Shown one piece after another: positions 47,230 through 58,805 of a stretch of DNA of 64,000 nt (the first letter of the stretch is position 1; each line of letters starts with the position of its first letter). The notes below the pieces were generated by a model. It did no database searches and was not told the origin of the DNA. It worked only from the letters and a program-made list of their open reading frames with translations. The position numbers and the translations under genes were made by a program. Source of the stretch: Anthoceros angustus. Taxonomy: Eukaryota; Plantae; Anthocerotophyta. Where the stretch lies: contig VJWM01000193.1 in the NCBI GenBank assembly GCA_010909165.1, positions 310,001 to 374,000 on the forward strand, in the 5' to 3' direction.

Positions 47230-48680
47230 CTTTCTTCAATAACTATCGTAGAAAAATACGCCTAACATGACACAAACATAAGAATACGACTGTACCTTTG
47301 CCGAATACTTGTTGTATGACATTGATTTTGGCTGCAATCATCAACTAAGAAGGCATTCGAGTTCCAAGCACTGTTGGACTTCTCAATGACTTGTTTCATA
47401 GCCGGCAACCACCCACCAATATTATCCACAGCCGTTGTCAGATATGATCCACGTTACAAGTATCTCATTCATATGATCATCAAATACTAACAATGTGAAT
47501 AGTTGAAACTTCCACTTATTAGTCTCGAAAGTGGCATCCAGGGACACAATCGAGTTGTGTCCCCACTGAAAAATAGCAAAGTGTTGAAATGTAGTTTGGA
47601 CACCTAATACAAAATGAAACACCTTTGATGGCTTACGAGATGAAGAAAAAAAACGTCGCTATTGTGAAGATCCACTCATATTTTCACTCTTTTCTCGTCG
47701 ATATTATGAAGTCTCCAAGTACTACAATCTAGCTCTGCCTGCATGTTTCTGACATCCTTGGGCAATAAAAAATCATCACCAACCAACTACACGTTAGGGA
47801 GATCTTTTTTCCGCTAATAGACATCTATCTCATGGTTACACATAATCTAGTAATTATTGACTTTACACAATAACTTATGTTTAACGCACTCCCGCTTAGC
47901 TGCGGATAAACTTGGTGCCAATGTGATATTAGGAGGGGCATCGCATGCCAACAAACCATGGCAAAAATCATCATTACTATCTACATCATGCCCCTCATGA
48001 AAGCGTATCCCAGCTACTTTGGGCCATAGCAACAACCTGCTAATGAAGAGTAGAAACTTACACCCTCGCTTTCTACTCTCACCCGCTTTCACACGAAATT
48101 TTCTACTCCCTTCCCCTGTCCGCAGATGTTGTGCGACATCAATAAAAGTTTCCTTTCCTTTCAGCTATAGGTCACCCCTCATGTACCCACAAACATATTT
48201 CATTGCGGGCAGTTTTCAAGTGTGCATTGAAGCGCATTTTCAGCTTTGACCAATGCACTGAATTAATGATGTCGGATTGAAATTGTCACTATGCAAGTGT
48301 TAATTGATGATGAATTGAATTGATGTCGAACATGGCTAATCAGTGCCCGTTGTCCATCCAACATCCGATTGTGGGCACTTTAGCAAAGAGGACCGTTTTT
48401 AGATAGAAGCTAAACATACAGTTCAAACTGTTGCCACCAATGTGAAATTAGCTTATATTCCTTGGGAAATATGATTTTCTTGCAGGTGAAGCATCAAATT
48501 CAATGTTTCTGACAAAGCTATTAAAATGGGACATCTAGAATCGAAAAGGAGATAGAAAGAATAAGGTATTTCCCACATCCGCAAATAAATACAAAAAACT
48601 ACAAGTAATAGGGTGTGAAAGCTACATAATATTTTAAATTCATTAAGGGAAGTCGATCCCCCATCCGGACACTGATCCAC
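47230..48680 (-). mobile_element. Second MULE transposase remnant
   Basis: ESRKRGCKF..PKVAGIRFHEGH; SIVSLDATFETNKWKFQLFTLLVFD; NAFLVDDC..VFLCLCHV..LLKKVK. These are the same motifs as the first MULE. No TIRs identified. Confidence 0.75.
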
Positions 48681-50742
48681 CCTCTCGGGTTAACTGTGAC
48701 TTCGGATCCGGACGACTGATGGACATTGATGAGACTTATCAGCTGAGCAGGGATGCAAAAGCGGCGAGTGAGGAGTATCTTGCCCATAGTGCCCAGTCCA
48801 TAGCAGTCCTGAGGCAAAAGATTGAGGTGTCCATACATAAATATATGTCTTTGTGGGGCTCGAGGCCCAAGGCTTCCTTTTCTTGGTAGTAAGGTTGGCT
48901 TGTAATGGGGGTTGATATTAGACCATGAGCACACCCATGATCCGCGAGGGATTGTGAGCATCCTGGTTTGCATCATTTTGGTGCGAAAACGAAAAAGGCT
49001 ATGTGAGCCTGTGCCCTGGCAGCCTTGCTATGACGCAACTGGTTAGCATTCTCCTCACGTGGAGCGATACCATTCTTTGGAGAGATATTCACCTTATTCG
49101 TTGCTTCGTGTCTGCAAATCTGTTGCTTACATTAAATTAATGTAAGCAACAGATTCTTGGCCTTGGCCATAAATGCACTCTTGGCCTTGAGCTCATTAAT
49201 GTAGGTCCGTTGCTCTTGAGCTCATATATCCGCCCCGGGCCCATACCCACAATACTCAAGCCGCCTATGTTTCTGGACAATCGTGACCCGAGGCCCGAGG
49301 GCGTTCGTACATCGTACGATCTAGATCCCATATGGTCATCATGCAATTCAAGCCACACCACAACACTGACCGTTTGAGAAACTCTACTTGCCATCTTTAG
49401 TCCTCTGTGTTCACGATTTAGTGAACTCGCGCGGAAGTTGGCCAAAGCCAAATTAGGGCTCATTTTACAACTTAGACTTCGAGGTGTACACACACTGATT
49501 AGTATTTGCTTCAGGTATGACAAGAAGATAGACTTTGCAAAAAGATGACTAGGTGAGTTGCAGCTCTTTCGTAACAACAACTACAGAATCGAGGGACAAC
49601 TTTGGATAGACACCTTGCTTCTTACTGAGCAAAATGTGAGCCAGTCTTTTTGTCGATCATGAAGTTTGTTCAGAATGAATGCAAGGGACTTGTCACTATG
49701 CACTCAGTACAGTGTGAAGTTGCACAACAAAGAAACTCAAAAACATACAATTTAAGCAGGATGTTTAGTTCACACATAGGTCAGCGAGTGACATGACCAA
49801 CTCGAGCGTTGAGAGCAAGAACAATTAGCAAAATGACAGCCATAGTGAAGTCACAAAACAAAACACGACGAGATTGACATGAAAGCATGCCTCCTCTACA
49901 ATTCTCTCCTCTATCATTTTTCTTGTGCATTCTTATACGGTCGGCCCCCCCTAATTGGGAACTCTATAAATGGGATTCCTCTCTAAATAGGACCTCCCAT
50001 CCTACTCCCTTTAGTTTACAATGTAAAACATGATTGGGACCTTTTGAAACATACATTCATGTTAGTTTCACCTCCCCAAATGAGATTTTCAATTTTTTTA
50101 CTAAAAAAATTAAAAAATAAAGAAAAAAAAAATCGATACTCTTAAGCTAAGCTTTTCCTTTATGATAGGTAGAGGTTTTTTAATGCTGATTACAGAGAGT
50201 GCTAGCTTTCAGGCAACTATATAGAGAAGTGGTAAAAATTATTTTTAGTGAAACCTATCAATCAAAATTTAAATTATCTTTTTAAAGTACTTTTTAATTT
50301 TTTTAATTTTATGATATTATTTTATTATTTTTAAATAGGAAAAATGTAATCGGGATACCTCCCTTAATGGGACCTCTAAAGGCACTCCGAACAAGTCCCG
50401 ATTAGGGGCGTGGACTACATGTAGTATGAAGAAAACAGAATCCAAAGTACAACTTATGGAGCCCCAAGAGTTCGAGACAACGAAGGCCGAGTAATCAAGA
50501 AGTAGGAGTAATCAGGTAATGGGGACAACCCGGGGGCGTGGACGCGAGTGCCGGGAAGCGCCCACATGCCTTGACATGCGTTGGTTGTATGTAACATGGT
50601 GCATGCGGTGGCATGCAAAGCCATATATACCGGGGGCATCGGTGGCGGGCCCCACTGCTTTGGGAGGCGCGTGCGTTTACTTTGTAAGGCAAAATAGCCT
50701 CTAGTGTTGCGTTGAGGCTGGACGATAAAGGGCAGCGCTTTC

Positions 50743-50761
50743 CCAATTTCTGAGTTTCACG
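50743..50761 (+). promoter_or_regulatory. ER-stress response element ERSE-I (CCAAT-N10-CACG) upstream of SEC61A copy A
   Basis: CCAAT ttctgagttt CACG, exact plant consensus, ~125 bp upstream of the ATG. Confidence 0.65.
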
Positions 50762-50883
50762 CATGCTCGGGGCCGGCGATAGGGTTTCTTTCTTATAGAC
50801 CGACCCAGCATTCAATCTCACAGGAAAGGGGCCTGACTCTTCATCGCCAGCGGACCGAGCAGTAGGGCGATCCGACAGTCAAG

Positions 50884-53153
50884 ATGCCGGGGGGAGGGTT
50901 TCGCGTGTTGCATCTGGTAAGGCCCTTCCTCTCCGTGCTGCCGGAGGTGCAGACGGCAGAGCGGAAGGTCCCCTTCAGGGAGAAGGTGATGTACACTGTG
51001 GTGTCGCTCTTCATCTTCTTGGTCTGCAGTCAGCTGCCGCTCTATGGGATTCACACGGCCACGGGCTCAGATCCCTTCGTCTGGCTGCGAGTCATCCTGG
51101 CTTCCAACAGGGGAACTGTGATGGAGCTCGGTATCACGCCAATTGTCACCTCGGGGCTGGTTATGCAGCTCCTCGCCGGCTCCAAGATCATTGAAGTGGA
51201 CAACAACGTCAAGGAGGACCGGGCTCTTCTGTAAGTCAGCTCAATTTGTAGATCTCCGAGTTAGGAGCCTCTAAATGTGACGTGTCTGGTCCTGTCAGGT
51301 TAGAGCGGCTCTAGATCTGCAGTTTGTGGCTCTGGAGGGAGGGTTTTACTGCCTGATTTGCTCTGGACGGAGACACCGCTTCCCTTCTCTTCTTACTGCT
51401 TTGATTCCCTCTTTTAGTCCTCAGTACCACGAGTTTGAGGTCTCGGATGTAGTGAATCGGTAGAAAGCTTCTCTAATTCCTCGGATCCAGTAATCGTTTG
51501 CTGGTTGGGAGCCACATGCGCTAGATCTTGAGCCTAGGGTCGCTGCGCTTTGATCCGTCCTGCATGTTCGTGTTCTGTGGCAGAAATGGTGCCCAGAAGC
51601 TCTTGGGAGTGATGATCACTATTGGAGAAGCCGTAGCGTATGTTCTATCTGGGATGTACGGGGATGTCCGAGATCTTGGAGCTGGTAATGCCATTCTCAT
51701 TATTGCGCAGCTATTTTTCGCTGGCATCATCGTTATCTGTTTGGACGAGCTCCTGCAGAAGGGATATGGTCTTGGTTCTGGGATCTCCCTGTTTATCGCC
51801 ACCAACATCTGGTACGAATTCGGCTGTTGCTTGCAGAATGATGTGCAGCTCACCTTGTCGCTTCACACTTTTCTTGCTGTGCCTCTGCATTACGCGCTGT
51901 TGCCTTTTTTTCAAGGGTTCTTATCATAGCTTGCTGTTTTGCCAGTGAAAACATTATCTGGAAGGCGTTCAGTCCTACCACCGTCAATAGTGGTCGTGGT
52001 GCTGAGTTTGAAGGAGCAGTTATTGCTCTTTTCCATCTCTTGATTACCAGAGCGAACAAAGTGCAGGCGCTGAAAGAGGCGTTCTACAGGCAGAACCTTC
52101 CCAATGTTACCAATCTGCTGGCGACAGTCATCGTCTTTCTTATCGTTATTTACTTCCAGGGTTTTCGTGTTGTGCTTCCTGTGCGATCGAAAAGTGCCCG
52201 TGGACAACAGGGCTCGTATCCTATTAAGCTATTCTACACCTCCAATATGCCCATCATCCTGCAAAGTGCCCTCGTCTCCAATCTGTACTTCATCTCCCAG
52301 GTGCGTGCACACCCCTGCTTTCTGTATGGGCTTGGGAGTCTTAGCCACTGTCTTGGAGCTTCATAGCTGATGGTTTTTGCATTCAGTGACACTCCTCGCC
52401 TCGTGATGTGTTGCAGCTGTTATATAAGAAGTACGGAAGCAACTTTATTGTTCAGCTCCTTGGGAAGTGGAAGGAGACTGAGTACTCATCCAGTGGTCAG
52501 CTTTTCCCTGTAGGCGGCCTTGTGTATTACATCACACCTCCAGCCAGGTAAAGGCTCGTATGAGTGTCCTTGCATGCTGAACAGGTTTTGTGCATCTGAG
52601 GTTTTGTGTCGCTTTATGGGCCTTTGAACATGTTTCTGTTGGTGTTGCAGCTTGAAGGATATTGCGACCAACCCTTTCCATGCGTTGTTCTATCTGACAT
52701 TTATGCTGACAGCGTGCGCCTTGTTTTCAAAGACTTGGATTGAAGTCTCTGGCTCATCAGCTCGTGATGTTGCGAAGCAACTGAAGGTTACCTTCCTCGT
52801 CTGCAATCCCAGCCCTTGTGACTGCGTTTTTATGCCAAATAGTCGCTGCTTATGGTCATGTATGTGGACCGGAAATCTCCAGAAACTGATTTCTTACTGC
52901 TTGCTTTGATCAGGAGCAACAAATGGTGATGCCTGGACACCGGGAATCCAATCTTCAAAAGGAGCTGAATCGGTACATCCCAACTGCAGCCGCATTCGGT
53001 GGAATGTGTATTGGTGCTCTGACCGTTGTGGCGGACTTTATGGGCGCTGTGGGATCTGGAACAGGCATTTTGCTTGCTGTGACCATCATATACCAGTATT
53101 TTGAGACTTTCGATAAGGAAAGAGCAACCGAGCTCGGATTTTTTGGCTTCTAG
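50884..53153 (+). CDS. SEC61A: Protein transport protein Sec61 alpha, copy A (6 exons; exon 1 50884-51230)
   Basis: [100 protein letters not shown]. Confidence 0.97.
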
Positions 53154-54084
53154 GGTTGAGAGGTCACAAGATGAGTTCATGCTGGCGCTCAGTTGGAAGG
53201 TGCAGTTGAACTAGGTTCAAGCAGGATCTGCTGCTGTAACCTTATATCTACCAATACTTGGAAACTTTTTGACAGGGGGGGTCAGGTATTTTGGCTTCGA
53301 AGGCACAAGGGGGAGCCGGGTACGTGCACGCAAAGTTAGTCGGAAGGTAGCTTTGCAGTTGAACACCAGTGCAGGCTGGGTCCTTGGCTGGTTGTGAAGT
53401 GGCAACAGGTGTTGATCAGCTTTAGGCCCAACCAATCCGGAAGCCGGAAGTGGAAACCGCGAGTGACTCATGTTATGTCGGTTTGTTTCTGACGTTGGAA
53501 TGAGCTGCGGCAGATCTTGCTACATGTGTGAGTGAACTCAACGGTGGGCCTTTCTCCTCCTTTGCTGGGTATCATTCTTTTAGTTTTTCGTCCATCAGTT
53601 GCTCTCTTGAGCCGGGACCAGTTAGTGTTGGAAATTAGAGGATCTTATAGAGACGAGTAGTGAGGGCCTGTTGCCCATACCATCTCCAGTTGTCCAGAAT
53701 TTTGGGCGTCTGGCGGTTCAGTCACTTGCGTAGAGTCACTCGCCACATTCTATACCGCCTTCATGTGGGTTATGTATTTTGTCGGGCTCGGAGGTCTCCG
53801 AGCTTTGTCTTGTGGAAATACTTATACAGTCCTCCTACCTCCTTGTAAGCAAGCTTATGGGCCCAGACATAAACTCATAAACTCCTACCTCCACTCCCTG
53901 CATAAGCAAGCTTATGGAATCCTATGGGCCCAAGGTTGCGCATAAGCCGTGGAGCTTGAATCTCTTGACCAGCCAAGGGCCAATGCTGTGTACAGCAAGT
54001 TGTGCATATAAGGCATTTGCAAGACACGAAGGCACTGAAGTAAGAAAACACAAAACTAGAACCCGATGCGCAGTGTGAAGGGTG

Positions 54085-54154
54085 ATGTTATCGATCCACT
54101 GTATGTTATCGATCCACTGTATGTTATCGATCCACTGTATGTTATCGATCCCTG
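54085..54154 (+). repeat. 18-bp tandem repeat x4 (ATGTTATCGATCCACTGT)
   Basis: Directly visible, upstream of the SPPL pseudogene. Confidence 0.9.
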
Positions 54155-54410
54155 TTCGCCTTCTCGTGGCTTTCTTCCCTTAGAAAACGCGCGAGCCAGC
54201 GGCCTGCTTCCTGCAATGGGAGCCACTTGGACTGCTGTTCTGGAAAGATTCTGCACATTTGACGTTGCGCAGGAACGCAATTGTCCAATCCATGGGGTTT
54301 ACACGCTAAAACTGAGTTGGGAGGGCTCGGCATCCATCCGATTACTGCAAGTACGTGTTGGCTCGTTACTGGGATGATTCCCTGACCTTTAGGCGTTTTC
54401 GAAGTAGACC

Positions 54411-56357
54411 ATGGGGATTTGCTCTCCTGGCCGGCAGCTTCATGGCGGTTCTGCAACGGGGCTCTTGTAGGTTATGGTCTTACTGACTGCCTCGCTGCTG
54501 CTGCACGCCACGGCCGGGGACTTGTCGGATTATGACGATCCGCCCTCCTTGGTTGCGAAATGATCTTGTCCTGGGAGGTGCTTGCATGCATGCATGCGGA
54601 TTCCTGGGTGCATTGCCGGGTGGCAGTGCACTATATGTTTGTTGGTCCTTGGTTAGGTGACAACAGGCGTTGTGGTTTCACCAAGGAGTTGGAGCCCACT
54701 GGAAAGGCTCGACTCGGTGCAAGGCTGGATGGCTTATTTGTGCAGGTTGCCGAGTGGGAACATGTTGTGGGATGCTAGGCGAAGCTTGGGAATTCGGTTA
54801 ACGGGAAACAGGGGAACCAGTATGTTGGAGTCAGTGCATAGTTCGTTAGTCAGATTCCAAGCTTCTTTGTGGCCAAGCTGTCCAAAACCTGGCGTGCATC
54901 TTCCAGTTCATTTTACGTACTTGTCCACCAGGCAGGTGCCCACCATCACGTTCTCCAGCAGTCCTCTTTCGACAATCAGCGAGTGCAGCTGCAGCGAGTT
55001 GCCCTTCCGTAATGCCCCAGTGCTTGCAGAGGCCTTTTGAAGGCAAGCAAAAGTAACATGGCTACCCAAAATCAGCCCCTCCTGCTCCATTTGTCCATAC
55101 ACAATAAGTGCCTCGTGTCCCAGCAGGAAGAAGATGCTCATAGCATAGTGCACCTCTCTTCGTCGCAGATCCTGGGGAATGGTGCACAAATATTACAACC
55201 AAGGCAAGGAAGCGTGAGAAGAAGTGTACCCGATGCTGTAGTGCTTGCCTTGGAGGTGAGAATTGACGGGGGGTTTTGTTTCTAGGAGATCGCATTGTAC
55301 GTTCACAAAAAGGCTTGAATCGCACAGCGGGCTGGAGCAAGAGCTTGGTTTGTTGTTAATGACCAATAAGGTGGTGACTGTAATTGCTGTGTTGGTTATT
55401 AGTGTGAATGCATTCCTACTTATCACCAACGACTTGTATTGCTTTTGTGTGGGATGTTAGGATGTCTGTGCAAGACGACGTGTGAGGATAACGATACCGG
55501 TGTCGATATCACCATCCCTGTGGCGATGTTGCCCTAAGATGGTGGAAGCCGTCCGAAAGCCCATTTTGTGGCAGGGAGCAGGGGGTATGTGCAGTATTTC
55601 TTCTGTTGTACAACATGTTGGATTTTTTTAGTTTTAGTTGCTGCGGCAGTGTTATATTCCTCCTCTTTACCCTGTGTTTACAGTGAGAGTTCTTCTTTTC
55701 TCCCCAACTCAGCCAACCCAACTTTTGGATGATGCGGAATGTTTCTTGTGCTTGATGGCAGTTGTTACTACCCAGAGGTCTTCTTCTCGGTCTCCATGGT
55801 GGAGTGAAAAAGAGTCAAAGAGTGAAGTTGTGCTGATGGGCGTTTGGAATGTCAGCTTATATCAGAGAGCCGATCTGCTTGACTTAGCTGATAGGAATAT
55901 GCGTGCATAGTGACCACCACCGACCGGAGCTGCTCTCATCTGAATTCTGCTCTCCTTATGACATCCCAATCTCTGAAAACTACCGAGAGCAGACATCTCA
56001 CTTAGTCACCGTAGAGGAGTCCTGGGTTTCCCCTGAGGAGTTTCTAGTGCTCCATTTTGATTATTGCCGTCTAATGCGTTCAGCAGGTTCTTAATGCAGA
56101 ACTTTCAAAAGTGTGTGGTGTCACTTTGGTCAGGGTAACTAATCTGGTTTTCTGGGTTTTCCACCTGGTGGTTTTCCACATGGTTCATACCGACGTCCGA
56201 GGACAAAATATGATATTCCGTGTACTGCGTTTAGCAGGTTCTCAATGCAGGGGTTTCAAGCGTGTGTGGTGTCACTTTTGGTCAGGGTAACTGATTTGGT
56301 TTTCTGGGTGTTGGTGGGTTTCCACATGGTTCATACCGACGTCCAAGGACAGAATAT
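54411..56357 (+). pseudogene. SPPL pseudogene (copy A), 3'-truncated
   Basis: Colinear with 60395-62100. Stop at codon 20 (54468-54470), AAG>TAG in exon 2, a ~270-bp foreign insertion, frameshifts, and a ~150-bp local duplication at its end (56076-56357). Lacks the YD/GxGD/PAL exons. Confidence 0.88.
54846..55115 (-). pseudogene. Antisense PLS-PPR gene fragment inserted into SPPL pseudogene exon 2
   Basis: GHEALIVYGQMEQEG..VTFACLQKASASTGALRKG..LHSLIVERGLLENVMVGTCLVDKYVK..ELEDARQVLDSL is a P-L-S triplet. The segment is absent from the intact SPPL exon at 60770-60928. Confidence 0.85.
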
Positions 56358-56645
56358 ATTAAGTATTTATACAGAGGTTATAGAAGTATATCGGTTAATT
56401 AGTTCCATGGTCTATATATGTACCTAGTGTGTAGTTATGTTGACAAGTCAGTCAGCTATATGCTAGAACACTGGATCTACATATGGTTGTTGCAAAGATA
56501 TTGGACCCATTTGTTGGGCTCTGTGCATGCCAAGGGCCAGCTGTAGGGTTTTGTTCTTAGACAAGTCGGACATTCAGTCTTAGAAGAAAAGGGACACAGT
56601 CTCTATCCCAGCAGGACTAAGCAGCAGGGCCATCTGAAAGATAAA

Positions 56646-58805
56646 ATGCCAGGGGGAGGTTTTCGTGTGTTGCATTTGGTGAGGCCCTTCCTCTCCGTGC
56701 TGCCGGAGGTGCAGGCAGCCCAGAGAAAGGTACCCTTCAGGGAGAAGGTGGTGTACACAGCAGTGTCGCTGTTCATATTCTTGGTCTGCAGTCAGCTCCC
56801 ACTCTATGGGATCCACACGCCCATGGGCTTAGATCCCTTGTATTGGTTGCGAGCCATGATGGCTTCCACCAGAGGAACTGTGATGGAGCTCGGTATCACG
56901 CCAATTGTCACGTCGGGGCTGATCATGCAGCTTCTGACCGGCTCAAACATCATTGAAGTGAACAACAAGGTCAAGGAGGACCGGAATCTCCTGTAAGTCA
57001 CACCTCAGATTGTAGACCTCTAAGTCCGGGGATTCAAAATGAGTGTTATTTTTGGGTGCTGTAGGTCAGAGTGGCTCTTTACCTGCACTGTGGCGTGAGG
57101 GAGGGTGTCTCTGGCTTGATTTGCTCCTAACTCTGTCCTTAGGTTCTATTGCCACAGTTCTCAGGTCTTGGATGCTGTCTGTCATGGCTTTGCTTTGATC
57201 CACCCTGATGGTGCTCTTGTGTGGCAGAAATGGTGCTCAGAAGCTCTTGGGAGTGATGATCACTATTGGACAAGCTGTACTGTATGTCCTATCAGGGGCG
57301 TATGGAGATCTTGGAGCTGGTAACGCCATTCTCGTTGTTGTGCAGCTCACTGCTGCTGGCATCATCATGGTCTGTTTGGACGAGCTTCTTCAAAAGGGAT
57401 ATGGTTTTGGTTCTGGAATCTCCCTGTTCACTGCCACAAACATTTGGTACGGATTCGGCTGTTGCGTGCCAAATGTTATGCAGCTCACCTGTTGCCTCTA
57501 TGCTTTATCTTTCATCTGGTGATATTGGTTGCTGCGCCTCTCTGTACCATGAGCTGTCTCCACGGTTCTTATCATTAGGTTTGCTGTATTGCCAGTGAAA
57601 ACGTTTTCTGGAAGGCGTTCAGTCCCCGCACTATCAACAGTGGTCGTGGCCCTCAGTTCGAAGGAGCAGCTGTTGCCCTTCTCCATGCGGCCTTCTTCAG
57701 GATGGGATCGATACAGGCACTGAAACAGGCCTTCTTCCGGCAGGAGCTTGACAATGCCACTAATCTTCTGGCGACAGTCGTAGTCTTTCTTCTTGTTGTC
57801 TACCTTCAGGGTTTTCGGGTTTTGCTTCCAGTACAACACAAAAAGACTCGTGGACAAAAGGGAAAGTATGCTATTAAGCTTTTCTACACCTCCAGTATGC
57901 CCATCATGCTACAAAGTGCTCTTGTCTCCAATCTGTACTTCATGTCCCAGGTGCATGCACATCCTCACTATTTGTATGGAGTTCCAGGGGGTGTTAGTAA
58001 ACTACCGGTGTTTGAGCTGCAACGCCGGTAGTGTGTGCATTCAGTAATACTTGTCTCCTGGCCATGTCTTACAGTTGTTACATAACAAATTTGGAGGCAA
58101 CTTTTTCGTCCAGCTTCTTGGGAAGTGGAAGGCGGATGAGCAGTCATTCGGTGGTCAGCTTATCCCCGTTGGGGGGATTGTGTATTACATTACACCTCCA
58201 ACCAGGTAGAAGCTCGTGCGAGTGCCTCTCCAAGAGTCCCTCTCCAAGAAGTGTTTTTGCATGTGAGAGCTTCAGTCGTGCTATGGGCCTCTAAATGTGT
58301 TAATTGTCCTTATTCGGTGTTGCAGCTTGGGGGATATCGCGTCCAACCCTGTCCATGCGATGTTCTATTTGACATTTGTGCTGACAGCATGCACCTTGTT
58401 CTCGAAGATATGGACTGGAGTCTCTGGCACATCAGCTCGTGATGTGGCGAAGCAATTGAAGGTAAGCTTTAGCAGTCAGCAATCCCAGCCCTTGTGACTT
58501 CAAATGGCCATGTCTGTGAATCGGAAATTCCCGGACACTGATTTCGTCATGCTTGGTGTGATTAGGAGGAACAAATGGTGATTCCTGGACACCGGGAATG
58601 CAACCTTGAAAAGGAGCTGAATCGCTACATCCCAACTGCAGCTGCGTTAGGTGGAATGTGTATCGGTGCTCTGACTGTTCTGGCCGACTTGATTGGCGCT
58701 TTTGGGTCTGGAACAGGAATCTTGCTCGCTGTCTCCACTATCTTCCAGTATTTTGAGATCTTCGAGAAGGAAAAAGTAAAAGCGCTCGGAGCTTTTGGGC
58801 TGTAA
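56646..58805 (+). CDS. SEC61A-like: Divergent Sec61 alpha paralog, copy B (same 6-exon structure; reading frame intact, 3-aa deletion)
   Basis: All six exons splice in frame by my reading. Exon 1 is 347 nt as in copy A. Introns and UTRs are recognisably homologous to copy A. Many amino-acid replacements. Confidence 0.9.

Noticed and set aside
53626-53960. Possible solo LTR (starts TGTTGGAAAT) in the block-A intergenic region
   Set aside because: No convincing CA end or target-site duplication could be found.
56646-58805. Horizontal transfer of the yeast-like SEC61A from a fungus
   Set aside because: Same six-exon structure, identical exon-1 length and recognisable intron, promoter and UTR homology to the adjacent plant copy indicate a local duplicate.
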